From NCBI GenBank assembly GCA_040289575.1, contig PSLL01000031.1:2949-25027 (forward strand): a DNA stretch of 22,079 nt, read 5' to 3'. The translations under genes were made by a program, and so were the position numbers. The notes beneath the pieces were generated by a model. The model ran no database searches and had not been told where the DNA came from. It was given only the letters and a program-made list of their open reading frames with translations. Positions 1 through 9,934 of this stretch are shown here, in pieces. This DNA comes from Candidatus Dadabacteria bacterium (GTDB lineage Bacteria > Desulfobacterota_D > UBA1144 > Nemesobacterales > CSP1-2). Numbering within the stretch: the first letter of the stretch is position 1; each line of letters opens with the position of its first letter.

Positions 1-160
1 GACTGCAAAAATAAGAAAGGAGATTCAGTCTGAGACGATCTCATCTGCGATAAAGATCGCCGAGAGGATAATTAGGGAAAACATCAGAGGCTCTGATGAA
101 AGTCGGTTTATTGACGATTTTATAAAAAAGGTAGATGAGGAGAAATGGCTTCGGTCATAA
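1..160 (+). CDS. atpF: ATP synthase F0 subunit b, 3' end (partial)
   Basis: Frame 2 is open from the window edge: TAKIRKEIQSETISSAIKIAERIIRENIRGSDESRFIDDFIKKVDEEKWLRS*, a typical subunit b C-terminus. Stop TAA at 158-160 overlaps the atpH start by 16 nt. Confidence 0.88.
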   Translation, partial: TAKIRKEIQSETISSAIKIAERIIRENIRGSDESRFIDDFIKKVDEEKWLRS

Positions 161-687
161 CACTGAGGGATTTAACAGAGGCGCTTATAGAGGTTGCAAA
201 AGAAGGCGCAATACTTGAAAAGGTCACATCCGATCTGGAGAAGTTCTTCAAGATCATCTCTTCTCAGGAAGAGATTAAAAATGCCCTGGGGAGTCCAGTC
301 TATAAAACGGAAGAGAAGAAATCAATAGTGGTTGATATCGGAAATGAGTTGGGATTTGATGAGATAACGGTTAATTTCTTAAATCTTGTCATTGAGGTTG
401 GCAGGTTTAAAGCCCTGGTAAAATCCCAAGGGCCTTTTATGCAGAGGATTAAAAGGGCCTCCGGGCGTGTGAAGGCGGAGGTAATTACGTCTGTAACCCC
501 GTCGGATGCGGATTTACAGAAGATTAAGGAGGCATTAAATAGGCTTGTAGAAAAGGATGTTGAATTAACTCTCAAGGTTGACCCCGGGATATTGGGCGGG
601 GTGATAGCAAAGGTTGAGGATAGGGTGTTTGATGGGAGCATCAGAACCCAGCTTGAGAGAATCCGAAGGACCCTCTCTACGGACTGA
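145..687 (+). CDS. atpH: ATP synthase F1 subunit delta
   Basis: 180 aa; C-terminal VDPGILGGVIAKVEDRVFDGSIRTQL signature; lies between atpF and atpA. Confidence 0.96.
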   Translation: MASVITLRDLTEALIEVAKEGAILEKVTSDLEKFFKIISSQEEIKNALGSPVYKTEEKKSIVVDIGNELGFDEITVNFLNLVIEVGRFKALVKSQGPFMQRIKRASGRVKAEVITSVTPSDADLQKIKEALNRLVEKDVELTLKVDPGILGGVIAKVEDRVFDGSIRTQLERIRRTLSTD

Positions 688-694
688 GGGCTTT

Positions 695-787
695 TTGGCC
701 ACGAATGGGAATAATCGGGATACAGGATGCACAATGCATTATTCATGATTTATCCCACATTCTGTATCATTCTTTATTCATGTCTAA
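695..787. repeat. Imperfect palindromic intergenic element (copy 1)
   Basis: TTGGCCACGAAT (695-706) pairs imperfectly with ATTCATGTCTAA (776-787); inner GATACAGGATG pairs with CATTCTGTATC. Shares GCCACGAATG and ATACAGGAT with the element at 4718-4833. Confidence 0.65.
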
Positions 788-818
788 TAAATAGAACTTT
801 AAAGGAGTTGCAGGAGTT

Positions 819-2336
819 ATGGAAGAGACCAGAATAGAGGAAATAGGCGAGATTCTAAAGAGGAGGATCAAGGGATTTGAGCGTGAGGTTGTAACAACCG
901 AGGTGGGATCGGTGATCTCTGTTGGCGACGGGATAGCGCATGCCTACGGACTTAGCGGAGCGATGGCAGGAGAGCTTGTTGAATTTGAGAGCGGAGTTAT
1001 GGGGCTTGTCCTGAACCTCGAAGAGGATAACGTGGGTATCGCTATATTCGGGGAAGATAGAGAGGTCGAGGAGGGCCAAGTGGTAAAGCGCACGGGGAGA
1101 ATCGCCGAGGTTCCTGTCGGCGACGATATGAAGGGAAGGGTCGTAAATGCCCTCGGCCAACCCATAGACGGAGGGGGGCCGATTCAGGCCAAGGAGTACA
1201 GGCGGATTGAGATAAAGGCACCCGGCGTTGTCTATCGCCAGCCCGTCCGCGAGCCGCTTCAGACGGGAATTAAGGCAATTGACGCCATGATTCCAATAGG
1301 AAGGGGACAGAGGGAATTGATACTCGGGGATCGTCAGACGGGAAAAACCGCAATTGTGGTTGACACGATAATCAATCAGAAGGGGCAGGATGTATACTGC
1401 ATATATGTTGCGGTGGGTCAGAAACAGTCAACCGTCGCTCAGGTTGTGGATAAATTAAAAGAGTTTGGGGCTATGGAGTATACAACCATTGTTGCCGCTA
1501 CCGCGAGCGATCCTGCGCCATTTCAATTCATCGCTCCTTACTCGGGATGCACACTGGGTGAATATTTCCGTGATACAGGGAGACACGCCCTTGTGATATA
1601 TGATGACCTCACTAAGCACGCATGGGCCTACCGTCAGCTTTCATTGCTGTTGAGGCGCCCGCCCGGACGGGAGGCTTATCCGGGAGACGTTTTCTATCTC
1701 CATTCCAGGCTCCTTGAGCGCGCGGCAAAGATGAGGGATGAGGACGGTGCCGGATCACTTACCGCGCTTCCTATAATCGAAACCCAGGCGGGAGATGTCT
1801 CCGCATATATTCCGACAAACGTCATCTCAATTACGGACGGGCAGATTTACCTTGAAAGCGACCTTTTCTATGCTGGTGTAAGACCGGCCATTAATGTCGG
1901 TCTTTCGGTTTCGCGTGTGGGCGGTTCTGCTCAGATCCGCGCAATGAAGCGGGTTGCCGGAAGGCTCAGGCTTGAGCTTGCTCAGTACAGGGAGGTTGAG
2001 GCATTTTCGCAATTTGCATCGGATTTGGACAAGGTTACTCAGGCTCAGCTTGCCCGTGGGAGCAGGCTTGTTGAGGCCCTAAAGCAGGACCAGTATCAGC
2101 CGCTTCCAGTAGAGAAGCAGATACTTCTCATCTTTGCCGTTACTAATGGGTATGTAGATGGGTACCCAGTAGAAGCAGTAAGGAAATACGAAAGGGAGCT
2201 TTACATATTCTTTGATGCAAAGTACCAGAATATACTTGAAGAGATAAGGACAAAAAAGGATATCTCGGACGATTTGGCGCAGAGGGTAAGAAAGGCTCTC
2301 GATGAGCTTAGAGAGAAATTGGGGGAGATGAAATAG
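819..2336 (+). CDS. atpA: ATP synthase F1 subunit alpha
   Basis: 505 aa; Walker [41 protein letters not shown] upstream. Confidence 0.99.
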   Translation: MEETRIEEIGEILKRRIKGFEREVVTTEVGSVISVGDGIAHAYGLSGAMAGELVEFESGVMGLVLNLEEDNVGIAIFGEDREVEEGQVVKRTGRIAEVPVGDDMKGRVVNALGQPIDGGGPIQAKEYRRIEIKAPGVVYRQPVREPLQTGIKAIDAMIPIGRGQRELILGDRQTGKTAIVVDTIINQKGQDVYCIYVAVGQKQSTVAQVVDKLKEFGAMEYTTIVAATASDPAPFQFIAPYSGCTLGEYFRDTGRHALVIYDDLTKHAWAYRQLSLLLRRPPGREAYPGDVFYLHSRLLERAAKMRDEDGAGSLTALPIIETQAGDVSAYIPTNVISITDGQIYLESDLFYAGVRPAINVGLSVSRVGGSAQIRAMKRVAGRLRLELAQYREVEAFSQFASDLDKVTQAQLARGSRLVEALKQDQYQPLPVEKQILLIFAVTNGYVDGYPVEAVRKYERELYIFFDAKYQNILEEIRTKKDISDDLAQRVRKALDELREKLGEMK

Positions 2337-2340
2337 AACG

Positions 2341-2367
2341 GTAGGGCGCGTTGCAACGTGCCCTTAC
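2341..2367. repeat. GTAG-family REP-like palindrome
   Basis: GTAGGGCGCGTTGCAACGTGCCCTTAC: 5' GTAG tetranucleotide plus a GC-rich palindrome centred on CGTTGCAACG, 4 nt after the atpA stop. Confidence 0.7.
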
Positions 2368-2395
2368 AATAATGGTGTCGTGTTAAGGTAAACCA

Positions 2396-4703
<2,308 letters not shown>

Positions 4704-4717
4704 AGGTAAAAATCTAA

Positions 4718-4833
4718 TTAGCCACGAATGAACGCGAATTTACATGAATAGAAGAATACAGAAAGCAGTAGACAGAATACAGGATACATGGACTTGAGGT
4801 TTTTCCCTATATTCTGTGCTCATTCGTGGCTAA
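4718..4833. repeat. Palindromic intergenic element with 14-bp terminal inverted repeats and internal short tandem repeats (copy 2)
   Basis: TTAGCCACGAATGA (4718-4731) is the exact reverse complement of TCATTCGTGGCTAA (4820-4833). Internal 10-nt-period units CACGAAT/CGCGAAT/CATGAAT and heptamers AGAATAC AGAAAGC AGTAGAC AGAATAC AGGATAC (4753-4787). Confidence 0.8.
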
Positions 4834-4855
4834 ATATTTATAGGAGAATTAGAGA

Positions 4856-5251
4856 TTGCCGGAGAGAATTCAACTCAAAGTCGTAACACCGTCTAGGCTC
4901 GTTGTGAGCGAGGAGGTAGATGAGGTTGTAGCACCCGGGGAACTAGGGGAATTCGGTGTTCTTCCGGGCCATGTCCCTTTTATCTCTCTTCTTATGCCGG
5001 GGGAGGTTAAATTTATAAAAGGCGGGGTTGAGAAGAGGATAATTATCTGGGGCGGGGTTGCGGAGGTTAGAGACGATAGGGTTAGTATTCTTACAGATAA
5101 TGTAGAGGATCCGACGGCTATAAACACTGAAGCCGCAAAGCGGGAAGTGGAGGCGATTATGGATCAACTTAAGGATTTCAGCGGAAACGACAAAGAGTTC
5201 AAAGAGCTAAACCGGAGGCTTAAACTCGCTCAGGTTAGAGCGGGGATGTAA
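4856..5251 (+). CDS. atpC: ATP synthase F1 subunit epsilon
   Basis: 131 aa, TTG start after an AGGAG RBS; VVTPSR...GEFGVLPGHVPF motif. Confidence 0.97.
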   Translation: MPERIQLKVVTPSRLVVSEEVDEVVAPGELGEFGVLPGHVPFISLLMPGEVKFIKGGVEKRIIIWGGVAEVRDDRVSILTDNVEDPTAINTEAAKREVEAIMDQLKDFSGNDKEFKELNRRLKLAQVRAGM

Positions 5252-5314
5252 GTGCTATGTGTAAGTTGTAATCGGAGTAAATCACCTAACGCCTTCCGCC
5301 TCATGATAAAAACG

Positions 5315-5620
5315 ATGAGTCCTGTATCAGTAAAAGAGTACTTTTATACGGTGTTTTTCAATCGTGCCCCGGAAGGCGGATATATCATTACCGTTCCTGC
5401 GCTTGCCGAGTTTTCGGTTGAAACCGACGATCTGGAGGAGGTAAGGGAGATAGCCCGTTACGCCATTCGTGACTTTTTAGATGGATTGATTAAAAACGGC
5501 GAATCCATACCGGAGGAAAAAGTCCCCCCAAAGGAGAATCCGAGCTTCTTCAGCGAACGCATCGGGGTGCAGGTATTTCTTCCCGAACCTAAAGCCAAAA
5601 GCGGTTCCGAGGGGTCTTAA
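5315..5620 (+). CDS. HicB-family antitoxin-like protein (orphan)
   Basis: YTVFFNRAPEGGYIITVPALAEFSVETDDLEEVREIARYAIRDFLDGLIKNGESIPEE matches the HicB N-terminal domain pattern. Start uncertain (ATG 5303 or 5315; the GTG at 5252 is unlikely). Confidence 0.78.
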   Translation: MSPVSVKEYFYTVFFNRAPEGGYIITVPALAEFSVETDDLEEVREIARYAIRDFLDGLIKNGESIPEEKVPPKENPSFFSERIGVQVFLPEPKAKSGSEGS

Positions 5621-5624
5621 GAGG

Positions 5625-5649
5625 GCTAGTTTCATATAATTAAACTAGC
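5625..5649. terminator. Hairpin between convergent genes, possible terminator
   Basis: GCTAGTTT-N9-AAACTAGC, an 8-bp perfect inverted repeat just after the HicB-like stop; no strong U-tract. Confidence 0.35.
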
Positions 5650-5733
5650 AGTCATATTATACTGAAGACTTCATCTCAATTATCGGTGAGTTTGTTAGCA
5701 TAGAGTCGGTGCTAAGAATTGGTGCCAGTAGAA

Positions 5734-7086
5734 TCACCCAAGCTCGTAGTAGTCGTAATAATCTAAACCGAGGTGAGTGATAAGCTCTTCGCCCTTTAGG
5801 TAACGGAGTGTGTTTTTTAATTTCATAAGCTGTATGAAAAGGTCATGCTCTGGATATAGCCCTTTTTCGACCATAGGACTTTTGAAATAGAATGAGAGCC
5901 ATTCCTGAATTCCATAGAGACCGGCCCTCTGGGCAAGGTCGAGGAAGAGAACCAGATCAAGAACAATCGGAGCGGCAAGGATGCTGTCGCGGCAGAGGAA
6001 GTTGATCTTAATCTGCATTGGATAGCCCAGCCATCCAAATATATCAATATTGTCCCATGCCTCTTTTGCGTCGCCCCTTGGTGGATAGTAGTTGATCCTC
6101 ACTTTATGATAGTAGTCCGAATAAAGCTCAGGATAAAGGTCGGGCTGAAGTATGTATTCAAGGACACTCAACTTACTTTCCTCTTTGGTCTTAAACGAGT
6201 CGGGGTCGTCTAAGACCTCACCGTCTCTGTTGCCCAGAATATTTGATGAGAACCAGCCTCTAAGTCCTATCATTCTTGCCTTTAGTCCGGGGGCAAGTAT
6301 TGTTTTCATAAGTGTCTGACCGGTTTTAAAATCCTTTCCGGCTGTGGGTACCTTTTTCTTTCTAGCAAGCTCAACAAGTGCCGGTATGTCAACCGAGAGG
6401 TTGGGTGCTCCATTTGCATATGGCACACCGCACTGGATTGCCGCATATGCGTATATCATGCTGGGGGCAATCTCTGGATGATTGTCCTTTAAGCCCTCTT
6501 CAAAATCCTCAATTGTTGAATGAACCTCGGAGGGTTTGATATAAATCTCTGTGCTTCCACACCAGACTGTAACGAGTCGGTCAAGTGCGTTTTCTTTTTT
6601 GAAATTCATGATGTCGGCCATAATCTGCTCTGCAAGGTGCATCTTCGTTTTTCCGGCCTTGAGGTGCCTACCTTTTAGATTCCGCACATAAGCCCTGTCA
6701 AAAACCGCGGGCAGGGGTTTTGTCTTTTCAAGCACGTCCCTTAGTTCGTCGAGAAGATTTTTTTCAAGCACACCTGCTTTTAGAGCGGACTCATAGCAGT
6801 TGTCGGGGAAAATATCCCATCCGCCGAATACCAGATCCCCGGGGCTTGCAATTGGAACGAAGTCTTTTATAAGGGGAGATCTCTTCTCAGTTCTTTTGCC
6901 GAGCCTAATTGTCCCCATTTGGGTAAGAGAGCCTATGGGTTTTCCGAGCCCTCTTTTTATTGCCTCAATACCTGCAATAAACGTTGTGCTTACAGCACCG
7001 CTTATTCCGGGAAGCAGAACCCCGAGCCTTCCTATAGGCGGTCTGATGTTGGTTTTTCTCTTATTGGTGGGTTTTTTATTTGACAA
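5734..7086 (-). CDS. ino1: myo-inositol-1-phosphate synthase (inositol-3-phosphate synthase)
   Basis: 450 aa; GAVSTT Rossmann motif, VWCGSTE, YANGAPN, GKDFKTGQT, NILGNRDG, CRDSILAAP, SFYFKSP. TTG start is 9 nt after the rpsI stop; exact start uncertain. Confidence 0.95.
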   Translation of the reverse strand: MSNKKPTNKRKTNIRPPIGRLGVLLPGISGAVSTTFIAGIEAIKRGLGKPIGSLTQMGTIRLGKRTEKRSPLIKDFVPIASPGDLVFGGWDIFPDNCYESALKAGVLEKNLLDELRDVLEKTKPLPAVFDRAYVRNLKGRHLKAGKTKMHLAEQIMADIMNFKKENALDRLVTVWCGSTEIYIKPSEVHSTIEDFEEGLKDNHPEIAPSMIYAYAAIQCGVPYANGAPNLSVDIPALVELARKKKVPTAGKDFKTGQTLMKTILAPGLKARMIGLRGWFSSNILGNRDGEVLDDPDSFKTKEESKLSVLEYILQPDLYPELYSDYYHKVRINYYPPRGDAKEAWDNIDIFGWLGYPMQIKINFLCRDSILAAPIVLDLVLFLDLAQRAGLYGIQEWLSFYFKSPMVEKGLYPEHDLFIQLMKLKNTLRYLKGEELITHLGLDYYDYYELG

Positions 7087-7095
7087 GTGGAAATG

Positions 7096-7488
7096 CTACC
7101 TCTTTGAGTACTGCTGACCGCGTCTGGCTTTTCTCCTACCGTATTTCTTGCTCTCAACCATTCTGGGGTCTCTTGTAAGAAGCCCCGCGCCCTTCAGTGT
7201 CTTCTTGAATGCTTCACTTACATGAAGAAGTGCCCTTGCAAGTCCGTGCCTTATGGCGCCGGCCTGGCCCGTAAGCCCCCCTCCGCTTACATCCACAAAC
7301 ACGTCGAATTTTCCCATTGTCTGGGTTACCTGAAGCGGCTCAAGCGCATGTATCCTCCAAACCTCACGCGGGAAATAATAGTCAATCGGCCTATTGTTTA
7401 TTGAAATCTTTCCCTCGCCTGTATGGAGCCATACGCGGGCAATTGAGGTTTTTCTTCTTCCGGTTCCGTGATACGTAACTTCAGCCAT
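7096..7488 (-). CDS. rpsI: 30S ribosomal protein S9
   Basis: [47 protein letters not shown]-terminal SKR. Confidence 0.99.
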   Translation of the reverse strand: MAEVTYHGTGRRKTSIARVWLHTGEGKISINNRPIDYYFPREVWRIHALEPLQVTQTMGKFDVFVDVSGGGLTGQAGAIRHGLARALLHVSEAFKKTLKGAGLLTRDPRMVESKKYGRRKARRGQQYSKR

Positions 7489-7498
7489 CTCTTCCTTT

Positions 7499-7927
7499 TT
7501 ATACCTCCAATACCTCGGGGTTTTGAGCTTCGTGGGAGTGCGTGCCCTCTTTGTAGATTTTCAACCTGCCGATTAATCTCTTCTGCCACTTGGTCTTAGG
7601 AAGCATTCCCCACACGGCTTTCTGCAGGATTTCTTCGGGCTTTTCATTGAGCAGTTTCTCAGCCGTGATTGATTTAAGCCCCCCCGGATACGGTGTATGC
7701 CAGTAATAGGTTTTTTGACTCCATTTTTTGCCCGTAAATTTGACCTTATCGGCGTTGATTACAATAACAAAATCTCCCATATCGGCATGCGGAGTAAACT
7801 CGGGTTTTCCTTTGCCTCTTAAGATATTGGCAATCTTTGTCGCAAGTCTACCAACAGTCTTTCCGCTTGCGTCTATGAGATACCACTTCTTTTCAATATC
7901 CTCATTTCTTGCCATATATGTCTTCAT
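7499..7927 (-). CDS. rplM: 50S ribosomal protein L13
   Basis: [60 protein letters not shown]. Confidence 0.99.
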   Translation of the reverse strand: MKTYMARNEDIEKKWYLIDASGKTVGRLATKIANILRGKGKPEFTPHADMGDFVIVINADKVKFTGKKWSQKTYYWHTPYPGGLKSITAEKLLNEKPEEILQKAVWGMLPKTKWQKRLIGRLKIYKEGTHSHEAQNPEVLEV

Positions 7928-7964
7928 TATATAACCTATTTCCTGATTCTTAGGTTAGCTAACC

Positions 7965-7992
7965 ATTTTACCAAATCCCATTTGGTTGTCAA
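7965..7992 (-). promoter_or_regulatory. sigma70-type promoter for rplM-rpsI-ino1
   Basis: Minus strand TTGACA (7992-7987), 16-nt spacer ending in TGG, then TAAAAT (7970-7965), an extended -10. Confidence 0.75.
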
Positions 7993-8025
7993 GAAAAACG
8001 CCGAAGGGTCTAGAGTTCTAAAATG

Positions 8026-8054
8026 TTGACTTTGAAATTTAACAAGGTTATACT
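8026..8054 (+). promoter_or_regulatory. sigma70-type promoter for the metal-efflux cluster
   Basis: TTGACT (8026-8031), 17-nt spacer, TATACT (8049-8054). Confidence 0.8.
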
Positions 8055-8065
8055 TTGTGGAACTT

Positions 8066-8452
8066 ATGAGATACGTAACACTTTTGTTGATTCTTGCTTT
8101 AATCCTCTGTTCTAGGGGGTTTGATGACGAAGCGGATTATTCTTACGACCTCTCAGACATAATCAATTATAAAAACCATGAGCACGAAAATTCCGGTATC
8201 AAGTCTATATCAAATTCCCGTAAGAACACAGAGGCAGTGGATCATGAAAATGAGATGTGTATATGTGATCTGATGCTTCTTAACGCCTCTAATAGTCATT
8301 ATTTCAATATAAAGAATGTCTTACACTCAGCGGCGGTTGATATAGCTACACTGGAGATCGGTAAGGCTTTCGGTTTCTCCTTCAGTCCTCAAATAAATGT
8401 GGAATACACGCCGCCCGATGTATTCCTGTTAAATTCCTCTCTCTTACTATAA
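8066..8452 (+). CDS. Small membrane-anchored/exported protein, putative metal-responsive leader (DUF2946/CzcI-like architecture)
   Basis: 128 aa from ATG 8066 (the GTG at 8057 is too close to the -10 box). N-terminal hydrophobic segment, HEHE and DHENEMCICD motifs, C-terminal YTPPDVFLLNSSLLL; first gene of the efflux cluster. Confidence 0.6.
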   Translation: MRYVTLLLILALILCSRGFDDEADYSYDLSDIINYKNHEHENSGIKSISNSRKNTEAVDHENEMCICDLMLLNASNSHYFNIKNVLHSAAVDIATLEIGKAFGFSFSPQINVEYTPPDVFLLNSSLLL

Positions 8453-8476
8453 TTTCCCCCTAATCGTTTATCCATT

Positions 8477-8520
8477 AAGCGGTATAGCTCAGCTCTGCTA
8501 AGTCGTATCGCTTTGTCTTT
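8477..8520 (+). terminator. Terminator/attenuator-like hairpin
   Basis: AAGCGGTAT (8477-8485) pairs with GTATCGCTT (8505-8513), inner GCTCAGC/GCTAAGT stem, followed by TGTCTTT. Confidence 0.5.
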
Positions 8521-8614
8521 AATCACTATTATCTTTTTTCTTGCGGAGTTAAGAATGAGAAAATCATTGCTCAGGCATGAATAAATAGTTTGTATTTCCA
8601 GAGGTAAAACCCGA

Positions 8615-9934
8615 ATGAGAAAAACATTACTTACTGTATTCATTGTATTTGTTACGGGATCTTTGACAGTCTTTTTTACTTCTATTCCAGATGCGGAAGA
8701 GTCGATTCAATTAACTATTGATCAGGTAGTAAATATTGCTCTGAGAGAGAATCTTGATCTGAGGGCGGCGCGGATACAGGTAGAAGAGGCCAGAGGGAGG
8801 TTAACTCAGGTAGGGCTTTTCCCCAATCCGGCTTTGGAATCTAATTTTAGCTTCGACTCTCTCTTTGCTAATGAGGGAGAGCGAATTTTTTCTGCAGGTA
8901 TTTCTCAACCGATTCCTTTATCCGGTCGAATAGGCGCACAGAAGAAAGTAGCCCACGTTGACATTAAAAGAACATTTGCCGACCTTGCCAACTTAGAGCG
9001 TGGATTAGTAAGGGATGTCCGTCGCGCTTTTGTTGAGATTCTAGCGATAGATGAGCAGATTAAACTGCAAGATACGCTGATTAATCTAAATAGCGATCTA
9101 ATTAAAGGAATCAAGGCCGGTATTAAAGAGGGACTCGCTTCACAAAAGGACCTTAACGCTGTAGCTATCGCTCTTCAACAAGCGACGCAGGAACAGGAGG
9201 TTCTTATAGCTCAGAGAAAAAGTAAGATTCTCGAATTAAATAAGCTTTTGGGTAAACCGTCAACATTTTCCTTTTTACCACAGGGAAAGCTCGAATACGA
9301 AGCCTTAGTGGATTTAACCAAATATAGTATTGAGGCAGCCTATGCACAAAGACCAGATTTGAGGTCTGCAAAACTTAGTACTGAGCTTGCAAGGGCAGAT
9401 TTAGGTTTGGCTAAAGCCCTGCGATTTGAGGATATAACAGCAGGGGTTTTCTATGAACGCGATCGTATGATTCTCGATATTCCGCAGGGTAAGATTCCAA
9501 ACACAGGCCAGCTTATCGGTTTTAGACTGACAATCCCTCTGCCCTTCTTTGATCGTAAACAGGGGCTTATTGCTGAGGTGCGTGCCCGCGAGATGAGGGC
9601 TGAAGAGAGCGTTGAGGCCTTAAAGCTGGAGATAGCTCGGGAGGTAAACGATGCTCTAAATAGGGTAAATACGCTTTCTGCCCTTCTAAAAACCTATCGG
9701 TCGGGGATACTAAAGACGGCAGAGGATAATGTAAGGCTGGTCGAGGGTGGATATAAGCAGGGGTTGTTAGGGATTACGGAGGTCATACAGTCCCGTCAGC
9801 AGTTTGCCAATCTGAGGTCATCTTATATTAATATAGTTCGAGATTATCAGATTGCGCTAAACGACCTTCAAATAGCAACGGGGAATTACCCGAGCACAAT
9901 CAATTTTAATGAAACAAGGGAGGGACAAAGATAA
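8615..9934 (+). CDS. TolC-family outer membrane efflux protein (CzcC-like)
   Basis: 439 aa; signal peptide, ALRENLDL...GLFPNP, AYAQRPDL, LTIPLPFFDRKQG, YKQG repeats typical of heavy-metal outer membrane factors; GAGG RBS. Confidence 0.92.
   Translation: MRKTLLTVFIVFVTGSLTVFFTSIPDAEESIQLTIDQVVNIALRENLDLRAARIQVEEARGRLTQVGLFPNPALESNFSFDSLFANEGERIFSAGISQPIPLSGRIGAQKKVAHVDIKRTFADLANLERGLVRDVRRAFVEILAIDEQIKLQDTLINLNSDLIKGIKAGIKEGLASQKDLNAVAIALQQATQEQEVLIAQRKSKILELNKLLGKPSTFSFLPQGKLEYEALVDLTKYSIEAAYAQRPDLRSAKLSTELARADLGLAKALRFEDITAGVFYERDRMILDIPQGKIPNTGQLIGFRLTIPLPFFDRKQGLIAEVRAREMRAEESVEALKLEIAREVNDALNRVNTLSALLKTYRSGILKTAEDNVRLVEGGYKQGLLGITEVIQSRQQFANLRSSYINIVRDYQIALNDLQIATGNYPSTINFNETREGQR

Noticed and set aside
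1..687. Possible b-delta fusion or frameshift because atpF overlaps atpH and delta lacks the usual RYA motif
   Set aside because: atpH has its own ATG with a GAGGAG RBS and normal length; short overlaps are ordinary translational coupling.
5624..5713. GGCTAGT and GAGTCGGTGCT words recalling the S. pyogenes tracrRNA 3' part
   Set aside because: Short matches with the wrong spacing, no anti-repeat, and no cas gene or CRISPR array in the window; treated as chance.
5695..5715. TTAGCA-N9-TGCTAA resembling a CIRCE (HrcA) operator
   Set aside because: CIRCE is TTAGCACTC-N9-GAGTGCTAA (27 bp); the inner arms are missing, and the site lies between convergent 3' ends rather than upstream of a chaperone gene. 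More likely a small hairpin.
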